Assembly (NCBI GenBank): GCA_951406725.2
Contig: OX597836.1
Coordinates: 22,630,001-22,694,000, forward strand
Direction: 5' to 3'
DNA length: 64,000 nt
Origin: Octopus vulgaris
Taxonomy: Eukaryota
Below the pieces are notes generated by a model. The model made no database searches. It was given only the letters and a program-made list of their open reading frames with translations, and was not told where the DNA came from. Below are positions 1 to 13,488 of the stretch, in pieces (positions within the stretch are counted from its first letter, which is position 1; each line of letters starts with the position of its first letter). Position numbers and translations under genes: made by a program.

Positions 1-215
1 CCTCATTTTTATCATCATCATCGTCGTCGTCGTCGTCGTTTGTAATCATCGTCATCATCATTGTCAATGTCATCATCAACACTGTTGTCGTCATCATTGT
101 CATCATCATAAATGTCATCGTTGTCGTCATCTCCTTCTTCATCATTATCATCATCATAATCATCAACATAAGTATTGCCCTCATCCTTGTGGTTACTACT
201 TCCAGTCAATGTCTT
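1..215. repeat. Degenerate (TCA/TCG)n trinucleotide microsatellite
   Basis: Runs of tca/tcg/tcc; explains the Asp-rich ORF 18..272. Confidence 0.9.
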
Positions 216-228
216 CATTAACAATCTA

Positions 229-392
229 GGCGCAGGAGTGGCTGTGTGGTAAGTAGCTTGCTTACCAACCACATGGTTCCAGGTTCAGTCCCACTGCAAT
301 GGCACCTTGGGCAAGTGTCTTCTATATAGCCTTAGGCTGATCAAAACCTTGTGAGTGGATTTGATAGAAAGAAACTGAAAGAAGCCCGTTGT
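229..392 (+). mobile_element. tRNA-derived SINE, family A, 5' part
   Basis: GGCGCAGGAGTGGCTGTGTGG (A box) ... GGTTCAGTCCC (B box) ... CCTTGGGCAAGTGTC; closely similar copies at 10030, 48051, 57884. Confidence 0.9.
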
Positions 393-599
393 ATGTGTGT
401 GTGTGTGTTCTTATTCTAATAACTATCCTGTTAGAGCATCCTTCTCCTTTGCTAATTTGGTCATCTTGGAAATGGAAGCTGTCTGCTATTTCTAAGGATC
501 TCCAGCCCCTAGAAATTTAAGGAAAGTCTATTTTCTGTACATTCTCAGTGTCTAACCTTCCTGTGATGTCGTTGCACCTCTTATTTGTCCAAAACTTGC

Positions 600-860
600 A
601 CTTGGTACACCGTAAGGAGTTGGTTTTAATTCCCAGATCAAGCATTACATTGTATTCTTGAGCAAAACATTTTATTTTACATTGCCCCAGTCCACTCAGC
701 TGTAAAGGAGTTCCAGCAGTAGTTGGGAAGTTAACTCCGCAATGGACTAGCAGCCTGTTCCAGGGCAGGAGGAATGTTGTAAACTCAGTCACTTATACAT
801 CATGGAAACCAAGTTAAGCTCTGGGCTTATAAGTCCTAGGGCTCATAACAGACTCTAACT
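600..860 (+). mobile_element. Decayed CORE-like SINE, family G
   Basis: TTCTTGAGCAAAACA...CCAGTCCACTCAGCTG shared with 28455-28668, 35845-36030 and 61003-61315. Confidence 0.55.
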
Positions 861-1738
861 CTTTCTTCTCTCTTTCTTCTTGCCATTTATGAGGCTGAGC
901 TGAAAAGTTCATTGACTGACTGTGAAGGAGTGACACTAGAGCTGGGAAATTTTGTGTGCATTCATTTCAGCTCTCCTTACTCGTAAATGCATTGTTTTTG
1001 TCCAGGTAAACTGACTGTTCAAAGAAGACTGCAAAAGTAACTAGTTGTGACTTCTCTTGAAAAATTGACAAAATTTGGCATTGTTGTGTTAACAAGTACC
1101 TGTAGAAAATAGGGTTTAGCCTCCAAGAACATTCGTGTTGACATGGTTGCTACATTAGGGGATCACTTTCCAGCTATATCAACAATGCAAAAGTGGGCAG
1201 CTGAATTTAAGAAGGAAGCGAGAACCTTGAGAATTACCCAAGATCTAAACATCCTGAAGCTGTTATCATCAAGGAAACCATCTATTATGTTCCCCACTGG
1301 GTGATGGATGACAGGCAATTGACTATAAATCAAATAACTAATGCGAGTAGCATATCCTGTGAGGGAATTGAGAATATTCTGGACAATGAACTTGGCATGA
1401 CAAAGATTTTTGCTTGGTGGGTATCATGTCTTCTGACACCTGATCAAAAGTGTACCAGACTGATTACATCATAAGAAAATCTGACATTGTTTGAGGCAGA
1501 TCCAGCTGGTTTCCTTGAACATTTCCTGGGCCAAGATGAGTGTTTGGTTCATCACTTTGAACCAGAGACAAAGAGACAATACATGCAGTGGAAACATCCC
1601 TCCTCACCTGCTCCAAAGAAGGCCCAGGTCGTTTCATTTGCAGCGAAGGTGATGGTCTCAGTCTTTTTGGGTGCAAGGAACATTGTGTTTATCGACTTTC
1701 TTCAAAAGGGTCACACCATCAAGGCAGAGTACTAAACC

Positions 1739-1971
1739 TATTTCTTTATTATCCACAAGGGGCTAAACACAGAGGGGACAAACAAGGACAGACATAGGTA
1801 TTAAGTCGATTACATCGACCCCAGTGCATAACTGGTACTTAATTTATCAACCCTCAAAGGATGAAAAGCAAAGTCGACCTCGGCGGAATTTGAACTCACA
1901 ACGTAACGGCAGACGAAATACCGCTAAGCATTTCGCCCGGCGTGCTAACGTTTCTGCTAGCTTGCCGCCTT
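1739..1971 (-). mobile_element. SINE family B inserted in mariner
   Basis: Flanked by TSD AAGGCAGAGTACTA (1721-1734 / 1972-1985); GAGTTCAAATTCC B-box-like motif on minus. Confidence 0.92.
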
Positions 1972-2347
1972 AAGGCAGAGTACTATACCAACTTGCTGAG
2001 GTAGTTACGAAAGGCTGTCAAGATCAAATGCTCAAGTAAGCTGACAAGAGGGGTCTTGTTTCATCAGGACTATTCTCCAGTACTCAAGTCCTTGGTTTCA
2101 ATGGCTGCTGTGCATGTCTGTGTCTTTGAACTGGTTGGTCACCCTCCTTACTCTCCTGATTTGACCCCATCTGACCATCTTCTGTTCCCCAAAGCATGAA
2201 AAAGCACTTGACTGGGAACTAGTATCACAGTACCATTGATGTCGTATCTGCTGTTGATGGCTTTTTTAGACTAATAGGATGAACACTTCTTCACCAAAGG
2301 AAGAAATACATGAACTGCAAGGGGGTCTATGTTGAAAAATAAACCTC

Positions 2348-2578
2348 TATTTCTTTACTACCCACAAGGGGCTAAACATAGAGTGGATAAACAAGGACAG
2401 ACAAAGGGATTAAGTCGATTACATCGACCCCAGTGCGTAACTGGTACTTATTTAATCGACCCCGAAAGGATGAAAGGCAAAGTCGACCTCGGCGGAATTT
2501 GAACTCGGGACAACGGCAGACAAAATACCGCTAAGCATTTCGCCCGGCGTGCTAACGGTTCAGCCAGCTCGCCGCCTC
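2348..2578 (-). mobile_element. SINE family B inserted at mariner 3' end
   Basis: TSD AAATAAACCTC (2337-2347 / 2584-2594). Confidence 0.92.
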
Positions 2579-3106
2579 TTTATAAATAAACCTCATTTGG
2601 TCTCATTCCATGAGAATACCCTGGACAGCCAATGAACTTTTCTGCTTTCACGCTACTTCCAAATTTTTCATTTATCTCAATTTTCTTCTCTCACATTCAT
2701 TCATTCATTCATTTTCTATCTCTTAACTTTATTTTTTTCATTCTTCCTTTCTTTATTTCTCTTCTCTCCCTCTTCCTTTTACTCTCATATTCCCTCTTAC
2801 TCTCCTTCCCTCTAGCTCACTCTCCCACCTCTCCTCCTTTCTTCCTTCCCTCCTATCCTCTGCCTAGTCCCCTATCATTTACATATGTTCCCAATAGATT
2901 TCCTCCCACTCCCCCCCCCCCCACCACTCCTTCAATGAATTATTTATTTTTCTCCATTAAGAAAAGAAAAATAGTTTCCTTAAATTCAAGTTTAATTTCC
3001 CTCCTCCTACCGCTACTCTAGCCAGACTCTTTCAACAGACAGTTCTGAGGTTAGGCCAGGGTCAGTGGGGGCTGACCGCACTGATGATAGCTGTATTAAA
3101 ATAAAC

Positions 3107-3660
3107 GCTGTGTGTGTGTGTACATGCGTGTTTGCGTATGTGTGTGTCTGCGTGTGTGTGTGAAAATATGTGTCACTGCATATATATATATATGTTTTTA
3201 TACATATGTAGATGAATATAAATGTATGATTCTGTGTTTGTATTTGTATGTAAGTTTCTGAATGTATGTGAATGTGTGTGTGAATGTATGAATGCACACG
3301 TGTGAAAATTCAGCATGTATGTGACACTCAGTGTGTGTGTGTGTGTGTGTGTGTATGAATGTATGTGTGAATAAGTGAATATGTGTGTTTGTGTGAAGTG
3401 TATCTACATGTTTGTGAGAGAGAAAAATGTGTGTATTTGTGTGACATGCATCTACTTGTATGATTGTGTATATGTATGTGAGCATTGTATGTATTCAGGA
3501 CTGTATGTGTATGTGTGTACATGAGAGCGAGGAAGAGCCTGTATGTGCAAGTGTGTATGATTGCGTATGTTTATTTTACATACGTATGTATGTATGTATG
3601 CATGCAACTATGTATATATACATACAGCTAACTTTAGTGCACATGTTCTTAACACACACT
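3107..3660. repeat. Compound (TG)n/(TA)n/(TATG)n microsatellite
   Basis: Direct inspection. Confidence 0.9.
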
Positions 3661-4213
3661 CAGTCTTCAGTGACAAGATGGTCATAGTAAGAAAGCTTTT
3701 GATTATAGGTCTCCTGGATCTGGACTGACCTAGGGCTAAACAACAACAGTAACTACTTTTTTTTTTGTTTTTTTTTTTCAGTTTTAGAAAGATGAAAACA
3801 AAGAAGAAATTTGAACCTGGGATGGCATATGAAGACAATAACCCGAGAAAGCAATGTAATTTTTAATATCACCTATCCAAACTGAGATATTGACTCAGTC
3901 GTTAAAATGTTTGGGTAGCGAGCTATATTATTACAACATTAAATATTGGTAAATGGAATTCAGTTAAAAGACCCAAAAGAACCCAATCATGTCAGCAGCA
4001 GAGACATTAAAGCAACAGAATTTATAATGGGAGGTTTTCCGTGTCTTTGAAGTGGAACTATTTCCATTTTCATATGTGGAACTATGTACAAATAGTGTCA
4101 TAATGGGTTCTCTTTTAATTAAGTTACACTGAAATGCTTCCGGTCGTTCCAAAATTCCCCATCAAGGTTTCTGATATTGGTAGATTTTGAGTGCAGAACA
4201 TTTTATGTATATA

Positions 4214-5506
4214 CAGGGCGCGGTGAATAAACTATCGTCTAAATTATACAAAAACAAAAATAACACTGACATTTCATTTTAACAGATACATTTACCAAAA
4301 TTACATAAAAATATCTTGAAATACTAAAGAGTAAATTTATTCAGTCAAATCGCTACTGGCTTCAACCACAGCCTCCAGATGACTTCAGAATCTCCTGCAA
4401 CTCTTCTGGGCAGTCTCCTTGTTTAAGTTGGTGAATGCTGCCAAAATTCTTGCCTTCAGTTCATCTTTGGTGTTATAAGATTTGTTGGTTTTTCGCTCAA
4501 CTGCACCCCACACATAATAATCAAGGAAATTGCAGTCTGGGGAGTTAGTTGGCTAGATGTTAAGGGTGATGTGGATTGCAGAAATTGTTTGACAGCCATG
4601 ACTGGGTTCTGTGGCGCGGTGCAGAGTCCTGTTGTCAGACATAAGATCTGCCAGTAGCCACCCCATTGACCCAGGGCAGCACTACCTCGTCCAGGCACTT
4701 CATGTAGGCCTCTGTGTTGATTCTGAGGCTGTGTGGGAAGATGAATGGAGGCATAACATTGCCATCACTAGTGATCACTCCAAACACCATGATGTTGACT
4801 GGATGTTTGATTTTTATCACTCTCAGTACATATTTTTGGGACATGGCAAGCCAATGGTTATTCTGTGTGTTCACCATCTGATGCTGGCAGAAAATTTTCT
4901 CGTCTGAGAAAAACCAAAGCATGTTCGGTTGGAGGGGATGCTTGAGTTTATTCAAAAGCTTTGTCACACAGTCTTTCCTCTTGTCCTTGATGGCTTGGGA
5001 TAAAAATTGGCCCTTTCTCATCTTGTACGAAGAATACCAAATGTCTTCATGCACGACCTGTCTGATAAGAAACTCAGACACTCCCATGTCCCTGGCGATG
5101 GACCTGATTGACTTAGATGGATCGTTGTCAATCATGGCCTGGATCTCACCAACAAATTCAGGAGTTCTTTACTTATCAGAACGATCAGAGTGTGCTTTCT
5201 GAGCTGCTGTACCTTTGTAATCACCGTTAAACTCATCCAACTCTTTCTGAATGTTCTGTACTATCCTCAGATTCACACCTAAACACTCTGAAATGTTCAT
5301 ATTGGAGCTTCCGGTGCAAATGCCAAGCAGAACTCCATGTCATTTCCAAATTTCTGGCAGAGTGAATTGTGTCATGGGGCTGTTTTTCTCACAAACGGTG
5401 CCCAACTGACCCTACTATACTGTGTAGTCAACAAAATCAAAGGGAAACAATACACATGCATGAAATCAAAAATATAAAATGGTGACAATTTACCCATCAC
5501 ACCTTG
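4214..5506 (-). mobile_element. Tc1/mariner-superfamily transposon, maT/DD37D-like, full-length and decayed
   Basis: Imperfect ~26 bp TIRs, TA at left end; ORF 4635-5135 has HTH (SIRSIARDMGVSEFLIRQVV), FFSDEKIF and VFGVITSDG, followed by QQDSAP and NSPDCN.LDYYVWG. Confidence 0.9.
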
Positions 5507-5897
5507 TGTGTGTATGTATGTATGTATGTGTGTGTGTACGTGTGTATCTGTGTATGTATCTCCAAGTAATCTTTTAGGCTCACTTCATAGCTCCATGGAT
5601 TGAAACTGAAAGATTGTTTCAAGATGATACACAGCATGCTATATAAATCTGCCAATTTAATGTATCTTAAAAGCATGAAACTATTAGAAGTTCTTTTGTA
5701 ATTGTGTATATTATATGATATTTATCTCTCACTGGACGGAGTACATTTTTTGTTGATCCTTTAAAGGAACTGTAAACTTCATGTGTATGTGTGTGTGCAC
5801 ACATGCATGTGTGCGTTTATATGTAGACGGATGTAGTTGTAATAACAAAGTCAAACCAAATAGTATTCTTTTGGAATTATTTCGGGTTTGCATAATG

Positions 5898-6197
5898 TTT
5901 GTTCCTTTTCGAGCCATGCCCGGCTCATAAGGGCCAGTTTCCCTGTTTCCTTGGTGTATAGGTTCCCCACCTGGACGGGATGCCGGTCCGTTGCAGGTGA
6001 GCTGCATGATGCAGGAGGAAAGAGTGAGAGAAAGTTGTGGCAAAAGAGTCAGCAGAAGTTCGCCATTACGTTCTGCCGGAGCCGCGTGAAGCTTAGGTGT
6101 TTCGCTCATAAACACACACATCGCCTGGTCTGAGATTCGAACCCGCGATCCCTTGACCGCGAGTCCACTGCTCTAACCACTAGGCCATGTGCCTCCA
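5898..6197 (-). mobile_element. tRNA-derived SINE family C (G-type tail)
   Basis: Minus head GGAGGCACATGGCCTAGTGGTTAGAGC...GGGTTCGAATCTC; head shared with 8321, 54611 and 60107. Confidence 0.88.
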
Positions 6198-6682
6198 CCA
6201 AGGTCTGCATAATGCATAAAAGGAAATGCATCCAGATGCACACATACACCCAACAGGATTTTTCATTGTTTCCATTTTCCTAATTTCACTCACAAGCCAT
6301 TGGTCAGCCCAAGGCTAAAGAAGTCACATGACCAAGATGTCACAGTAGAACTGAACTCAAGGGCTCATACGAATAGTTGTGAATCATACTTGTTAACCGC
6401 ACAGGGCCCTGCCTGTGTATATTAATTTTATTGGAAGATTAGCATCACTGACTCATAACCATGTTTGAGATAAGGGGTTTAGTACACAGAAGGTCACTGG
6501 ATGCTTTGATGAAGGGGTACCATGTACTAAAGACAATAGAGATTTGTTCGAGGGTAGTTATATAATTTTCTCCATGGCTCTAAGTATTACTAGGTCATGT
6601 GATTTGGCTTACAAAGGGTCCTCTTTGTTTAGATTAATTATTTGGGGGTTAGCAGTTAAAAGTTGTACTCCCTTCCCTAATA

Positions 6683-6717
<35 letters not shown>

Positions 6718-6765
6718 ACTTAATTTTACCACTAAATTCACCCATCTTTCTCTTGTTCTCCTTCT

Positions 6766-6925
6766 CAAGAGTGGCTGTGTGGTAAGTAGCTTGCTTACCA
6801 ACCACATGGTTCCGGGTTCAGTCCCACTGCATGACACCTTCAGCAAGTGTCTTCTACTACAGCCTCAGGCCGACCAAAGCCTTGTGAGTGGATTTGGTAG
6901 ACGGAAACTGAAAGAAGCCCGTCAT
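6766..6925 (+). mobile_element. SINE family A, 5' part
   Basis: Matches 10030-10190. Confidence 0.9.
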
Positions 6926-6935
6926 ATATATGCAC

Positions 6936-6970
<35 letters not shown>

Positions 6971-6971
<1 letters not shown>

Positions 6972-7287
6972 TGCCAGAGCGGCTATCTGGCCTCCGTGCT
7001 GGTGGCACATAAAAGGTACCATTTGAGCGTGATCGTGCCTTACTGGCACCTGTGCCAGTGGCATGTGCAAAAGATCCGAGCGAGGATCGTTGCCAGTACT
7101 GCCTGACTGGCACGTAAAAGCACCCACTACACTCTCGGAGTGGTTGGCGTTAGGAAGGGCATCCAGCTGTAGAAACTCTGACAGATCAAGATTGAAGCCT
7201 GGTGCAGCCATCTGGTTCGCCAGCCCACAGTCAAACCATCCAACCCATGCTAGCATGGAAAGCAGACGTTAAACGATGATGATGATG

Positions 7288-7289
<2 letters not shown>
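6971..7289 (+). mobile_element. RTE-type LINE 3' UTR fragment with (GAT)n tail
   Basis: GGTTGGCGTTAGGAAGGGCATCCAGC motif, CCCATGCTAGCATGG hairpin, (GAT)n tail; the same UTR follows the RTE ORF2 end at 26800-26950. Confidence 0.8.
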
Positions 7290-7322
<33 letters not shown>

Positions 7323-7995
7323 TTATATATATATATATATATACATACATATATACGTACACTATGTTTTCTTTTATTATGCAGGTCAATCATTCTTCAA
7401 TAAAATCAAAACTCCTTGTCTAATTTTCTTGAAATTTTTATGGAATATGTTGGATTATGTATTCCATGCCTTGTGTACTTTTCGTCTAAATTGGTCAGCA
7501 GTTAAAGTGGAAATGAAGCAAAACACGTTTATAAGGAGTTTCTTTTTATTATACAAGTTAACAAGATACTGCTTACTCGCATGTGATATGTGATTTTGAA
7601 ATGTTTTTTTTTCTTAATTTCAGATACAGGAAATATAGAAATGTGTTGAAGTAAAGATAAAACATCAAAGGAGAAGAAAGAAATAGTGAAACTACTGGAA
7701 GAAGGGGATACAGCAATTGTAATTTTTAAAAAGCTAAATAGAGATCACAGAACAATAAAAAAAAAAAACAGGTACAAAACATTGAGAGAGTAAGAATAAG
7801 GAAGAAAATGGGTTTCTAGAGCATCACATATAGAGATAAGAGAAATCTCAAAAAGAATTACATACAAGGAAAGTGGGTTAACCAGCAAACAAATCTTTGA
7901 AGAAGCAGGAATCTCTAACATAGAAAGGTAAAAACACTGCACAATGCTGAAAGAAATAAGCAAAATCATAAATTTCACAAAATTGCCTCCTTTAA

Positions 7996-8216
7996 CCCTT
8001 AAACATTTAAACTGGCCATATCTGGCCAAAAGTATTCTGCCAGTTTTATGTTCAAACTGGCCAGATCTGGTCTCTCAGACCAACCCTACAATATTGTTTT
8101 AAAAATTAACAGCCACCTCATCATAATCTCATAGCTACAAGAGAATGCATCATTAGTTCAAAACAATGTGGATAAAAAAGGATTAATTTTGGCAGAATAA
8201 TGCTAACACTAAAGGG
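7996..8216. mobile_element. piggyBac-type MITE
   Basis: TTAA|CCCTT...AAGGG|TTAA; removing it restores Tc1 frame KLPPL|NKVLKK. Confidence 0.8.
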
Positions 8217-8320
8217 TTAAATAAAGTACTCAAAAAAAAAAAAGAGCGATGTGGGCAAAAAGATATATGAAGACAGACTTTACAAATGTAATTTTGACTG
8301 ATGAGTGCAGAGTAACATTA

Positions 8321-8740
8321 AGAGGTGCAATGGTCCAGTGGTTAGGGCAGCGGACTCACGGTTGGAGGTTCGCAGTTTCGATTCCCAGACTGGGCGTTGT
8401 GTGTGTTTATTGAGCGAAATCACCTAAAGCTCTACAAGGCTCCAGCAGGGGGTGGTGGCGACCCCTGTTGTACTCTTTCGCCCCAACTTTCTCTGACTCT
8501 TTCTTCCTGTTTCTTGTCCCCGACTTCCTATGCAACCGCTGAGCCTGGATGCGCATTCATCCATCCGTCAATGCTCTCGGTGTCGGGGGTTGACCTGCTT
8601 TCTCTTCCACGGGTCTTACGAATAGCAAAGGACCACGTTTCGGACTTCTCCCACTACAGAGGCGCGATCTTGCGAGCTCTGGAACAAAGACCGCTGCGCT
8701 CAACAGCAACAGCAACAGAGCAGCATTAGATGGACCTGCT
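8321..8740 (+). mobile_element. SINE family C with (CAGCAA)n tail, inserted in Tc1
   Basis: tRNA-like head; imperfect TSD CAGAG(TA/CA)(A/G)CATTA; close copy at 59720-60107. Confidence 0.88.
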
Positions 8741-9331
8741 AGATGGGCAAGAGGTTAGGTGTTACAAGGAAAATGTCAACCAACATAATTAAGAAGACAA
8801 CAGGGTGGTGGAAGAATCTTGTTTTGGGTTGGTGTAGTTGGAGGAGACATAACAAGTCTATTTGAGGTTGCTGATGGAATCAAAATAAATGCTGAAAATT
8901 ATTGCAAGTTTCTAGATGACAACCTCTTCCATTGATACAAGTCAACATTGCAAAGTTTCAAGTTATGCATGGTAATGCCCCTTCACACACTGCCAAACTC
9001 ACTATTAACCATTTAGCTAAAAAAAGATTTCAAAGAACATAAGATAATGGAATGGCTTCCACCAATCTCCAGATCTAAACCCAATAGAGAATTCGGGGTC
9101 AATTATTTAAAAAGATGTATATGCTAATGGTAAACAATATCCAAACAAGGATTTACTATGGGAAGGAAAAAAATAACTGCTGCAAGTAATATTAAAAGTG
9201 AGATTGTTGAGAAATTGATAAAATCATTTGATGAGAGAATATTTAACGTTATATATGGTAAAAGAGGCTATATAAAGATGTAAAGTATATACATAATTGT
9301 ATGTAAATATAATTATATGATGGAAGATATA

Positions 9332-9562
9332 GATTTCTTTACTACCCACAAGGGGCTAAACACAGAGAGGACAAACAAGGACAAACAAAGGGATTGAGTC
9401 AATTACATCGACCCCCAGTGCATAACTGGTACTTAATTTATCAACCCCGAAAGGATGAAAGGCAAAGCCGACCTCAGCGGAATTTGAACTTGGAACGTAA
9501 CGGCAGACGAAATACGGCTACGCATTTCGCCCGGCGTGCTAACGTTTTTGCCAGCTTGCTGC
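9332..9562 (-). mobile_element. SINE family B inserted in Tc1 3' region
   Basis: TSD TGGAAGATATA on both sides. Confidence 0.88.
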
Positions 9563-10029
9563 TTTATATAGTGGAAGATATATGTATATATTAATGGTCT
9601 GGCTATGTATAGTTCTATATGTAAATCACATTACATGTAGTTTATATCTCTTATGATAAAATATTTGATAACTTGCATAATAAAAAGAAACAACCTATAA
9701 ACAAGTTTGTCTTCATTTATGCTTTAAATGTACACCGATTTAGATGAAAGATATACAAGACATAGGATACATAATCCTACATATTCTGTAAAAATTTCAA
9801 GAAAATTGGACAAGGGGTTTTGATTTTATTGAGGAATGATTGACCTGTGTAATAAAAGGAACAATAGTGTATATATACACAAGGCTTCTTTCAGTTTCTA
9901 TCTACCAAATCCACTCACAAGGCTTTGGTAAGCTATTATTTTGGTGAACAGTCATTTAACTCCTGGGGCTAGAAATAGCACCCAAATCTCCCACAAGTTT
10001 TAAAACAGGAAGATTCATTGAACAATGTA

Positions 10030-10437
10030 GGCGCAGGAGTGGCTGTGTGGTAAGTAGCTTGCTAACCAACCACATGGTTGCGGGTTCAGTCCCACTGCAT
10101 GACATCTTGGGCAAGTGTCTTCTGCTATAGCCCCGGGCCGACCAATGCCTTATGAGTGGATTTGGTAGACGGAAACTGAAAGAAGCCTGTTGTATATGTA
10201 TATATATATATGTATGTGTGTGTGTTTGTGTGTCTATGTTTGTCCCCCTAGCATTGCTTGACAACCTATGCTGGTGTGTTTACGTCCCCGTCACTTAGCG
10301 GTTCGGCAAAAGAGACCGATAGAATAAGTACTGAGCTTACAAAGAATAAGTCCCGGGGTTGATTTGCTCGACTAAAGGCGGTGCTCCAGCATGGCCGCAG
10401 TCAAAATGACTGAAACAAGTAAAAGAGTAAAAGAGTA
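10030..10437 (+). mobile_element. Full-length SINE family A
   Basis: tRNA head, internal (TA/TG)n, tail GGCGGTGCTCCAGCATGGCC...(AAAAGAGT)n; highly similar to 48051-48444. Confidence 0.93.
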
Positions 10438-11165
10438 TACAAAAAAATAATAATAATAATAATAATAATTAGATGGTCACATTATGGAATGTTTTGAACG
10501 TAGGTTTACTCGATCAGAGTCGACCAGGGGCTAAATAACAACAATAAGCAACAACAGCAACCACAGCAACAACACTTCGTCTTTTCCATTCAGCTTTTTC
10601 CCCCCACCCCCGCATCCTTTCCTCTTTCTCTACACCCCCACCCCCACTGCACTAGTCTTGTTGTCTCCATGACAATCAACCAGTGTATAAATACCACCAT
10701 CCTATCTTCTGACCCTACACCCACCCCATCCCATCACCATTCCTTAGTCGCAGTGCCAAAGTATCAGTGGGGTGGGGTGTTCATTAAAGATGAAGAAGAC
10801 AAAGCATCAATGTATCAAATCTCACTTTTTAATTATTTGAGTAAATTTTATTTACCTATTTTTATTTTTTTTTTATTTTTTTATTTTGGCCCTTTGAGAG
10901 TTCGGAGGAGAGTGGAAGAGTTGGGGTTGGGGTCAGTAACGGGGGGGGAGGGCATTTGTAGTTTATAACTGTTGCAGACCACACACAAACATGCACACAC
11001 ACACACACATACATATCATAAACCCATGTACACACACACACAGATAATACGCATGCATTCATTTATATATAACTGTACAAAGTCCATTGTGTGTGTGTGT
11101 GTGTGTGAGTGTGAGTATGTGTGCATGTGTGTGTGTGTGTGAGTGTGTGTGCGTGAGTGTGTGTG

Positions 11166-11200
<35 letters not shown>

Positions 11201-11249
11201 TCTGACAAAGGCTAGCAGGTGGAAACTTCAAAGTCACTGTCACTTCTCT

Positions 11250-11648
11250 TTAAGCGTTGGACCACACGGAGGCAAAGTGGCTGAGTTCCTTTTGAGTGTT
11301 AGGCCTCACAGAGGCAATGACCAAGATCTTTGGCATTATGTCATACTCGAGTAGAAGACCCATCAAGCCAAGCAAAAACACAGTCATGGTAGACTCCAGT
11401 GTCACACAAATTGGCACCCATGCCAGTGGCACATAAACGCGCCCCGGTTTCACGCAAATGGCACCTATGTCGGTGGCACGTGAAAGCACCCATTACACTT
11501 TCTGAGTGGTTGGCATTAGGAAGGGCATCAAGCTATAGAAAACCATGCCAAATCAGACTGGAGTCCGTTGCAGCCTTCCAGCATGCCAGCCCAATCGAAC
11601 TGGCCAACCCATGCCAGCATGGACTAGGGATGTTAAATGATGATGATG
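11250..11648 (+). mobile_element. RTE-type LINE 3' end
   Basis: GAAGACCCATCAAGCCAAG, GTGGCAC repeats, GGAAGGGCATC, (GAT)n tail. Confidence 0.75.
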
Positions 11649-11781
11649 TACTCTATTAAATGTATTGAGTAACCCTTCAGTTTAAAGTTAAAGTTTTGTT
11701 GTATATATAACTTGACATAAAAACAAACATCAATATACATACATACACCTATATACATATATACATACATATACATTTATA

Positions 11782-11845
<64 letters not shown>

Positions 11846-12599
11846 CATATATATATATATATGTATGTATATATATATATATATATATTGATATATATAT
11901 GTAGGTATAGGAGTGGCAGTTTGCTTACAAATCACGTGGATCCAGGTTCAGTCCCACTGCGGGGCACCATGGTCAAGTGTCTTCTACTATAGCCTTGGGC
12001 TGACCAAAGCCATGTGAGTGGATTTAGTAGACAAAAACTGAAAGAATGTACCTTGTGTGTGTGTGTGTGTGTGTGTAATAGATTCTCTTGTCATGAACAA
12101 CAAATGAGGGTTCAGTAAAATATAACGTTAATCATGCTCTGTGGACATGAATGTTTCTCTTGAGGCCTTGCAAACCTTTTGGCAAATGGAACAAGTTGAG
12201 AACTCAGTTTACCCAAGTGCTTCTGGATCATTTACTATGTATTTTCTGGGGGTGGACAGCTAGGCCAGTTTAATGGGAATGTCCTACGTAGTTAGCAAAT
12301 GTCCCACACCTCCCATATGATATAAGACCAAGTTAAATATTAAATATTATTAGAAAAAACAAGCAAAACACAATAAAGAAAGCTAACTTCATTACATTGT
12401 TTCATTAGCAAAATTTTAATTATTGTAATTAATAAGAATTTTATGTCTACATTCATCATGATGTTGCATTGTTTCATTTAACAGCTAAATTAGACTTATG
12501 ATTGCATAAGTATATCTAGTCGTAATAATTAAGTTTAATTAAGAAAGTAAAACAACAAAATAATTTTTTTATACCAAGATAGAAATGAGATTAACCTTC

Positions 12600-13131
12600 C
12601 TCATCATCACTATAACTGTTTGTCATCATCGTCATCATCATCATTATCATCATCTTCATCAATCAGCAGCAGTAGCAGCATCACCGTCTATGTCATCATC
12701 ATCATCACCACTACCACCATCACCACAATAATCATCATCATCATCACCATAATTATCATCATCATCAATAAACATCATAATTATTACCATCACCGTCAAT
12801 ACCATCGTCAACCATGTTGTTCATCTCCCTCACCACCACCACCACCACCATTGTCATTGTCATCCTCACCACCACTGCCACAACCAACACCGCTGCTGTA
12901 CAACACCACCCCTGTGCACCCTAACCCCCAGCTTAGCAGAATTTTGTCCGGCTTTATGTTCTGAGTTCAAATTCTGCCGAGGTTGACTTAGCCTTTCATC
13001 CCCTTCAATGGTGTATGTGTGTGTGTAGGGGGGGGGCATTGATAAAATAAGTACCAGTTGAGTACTGGGGGTTGATGTAATCGACTTAGCCCCTCCCCTA
13101 AAACTGCTGGCCTTGTGCCAAAATTTGAAAC

Positions 13132-13185
<54 letters not shown>

Positions 13186-13451
13186 CGTTAGTGTTAGTAG
13201 TAGTAGTAGTAGTAGTAGAGTTTGGGGTGGTTGATGTAATCGACTTGACCCTTCCCCTCAAAACTGTTGGCCTTGTGCCAAAAATTGAAAAAAAGAATTA
13301 TTGTTGTTATTATCATTACTACTACTACTAACTACTACTTCTGCTACCTCCACTACGACCACTACTCCTATCACCATCACCACTGCTACTATTACTACTG
13401 CTGCTGCTGTTACTACTACGACTACAATTACTACCTATACTACTACTACTG

Positions 13452-13488
<37 letters not shown>

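Larger units (their letters stand above)
889..2655 (+). mobile_element. Full-length decayed mariner (D,D34D-type) transposon carrying two SINE insertions
   Basis: TIRs GAGGCTGAGCTGAAAAGTTCATTGACTGAC (891-920) / GACAGCCAATGAACTTTTCTGCTTTCACGC (2624-2653); WV..LL, DE.LVHHFEPETKRQ..QWKH, FHQD, HPPYSPDLTPSD motifs with stops and frameshifts. Confidence 0.92.
7360..9869 (+). mobile_element. Tc1-family (DD34E-type) transposon with ~200 bp TIRs and three nested insertions
   Basis: TA-flanked; 7360-~7560 is the imperfect reverse complement of ~9669-9869; motifs LTDECRVTL|DGP, RRQQGGG, H.NAPSH, SPDLNPIEN. Confidence 0.92.

Noticed and set aside
6120-6197. tRNA-like sequences here and at 8321, 19810, 54611 and 60040
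   Set aside because: They are SINE heads that run into SINE bodies; no complete cloverleaf or acceptor stem
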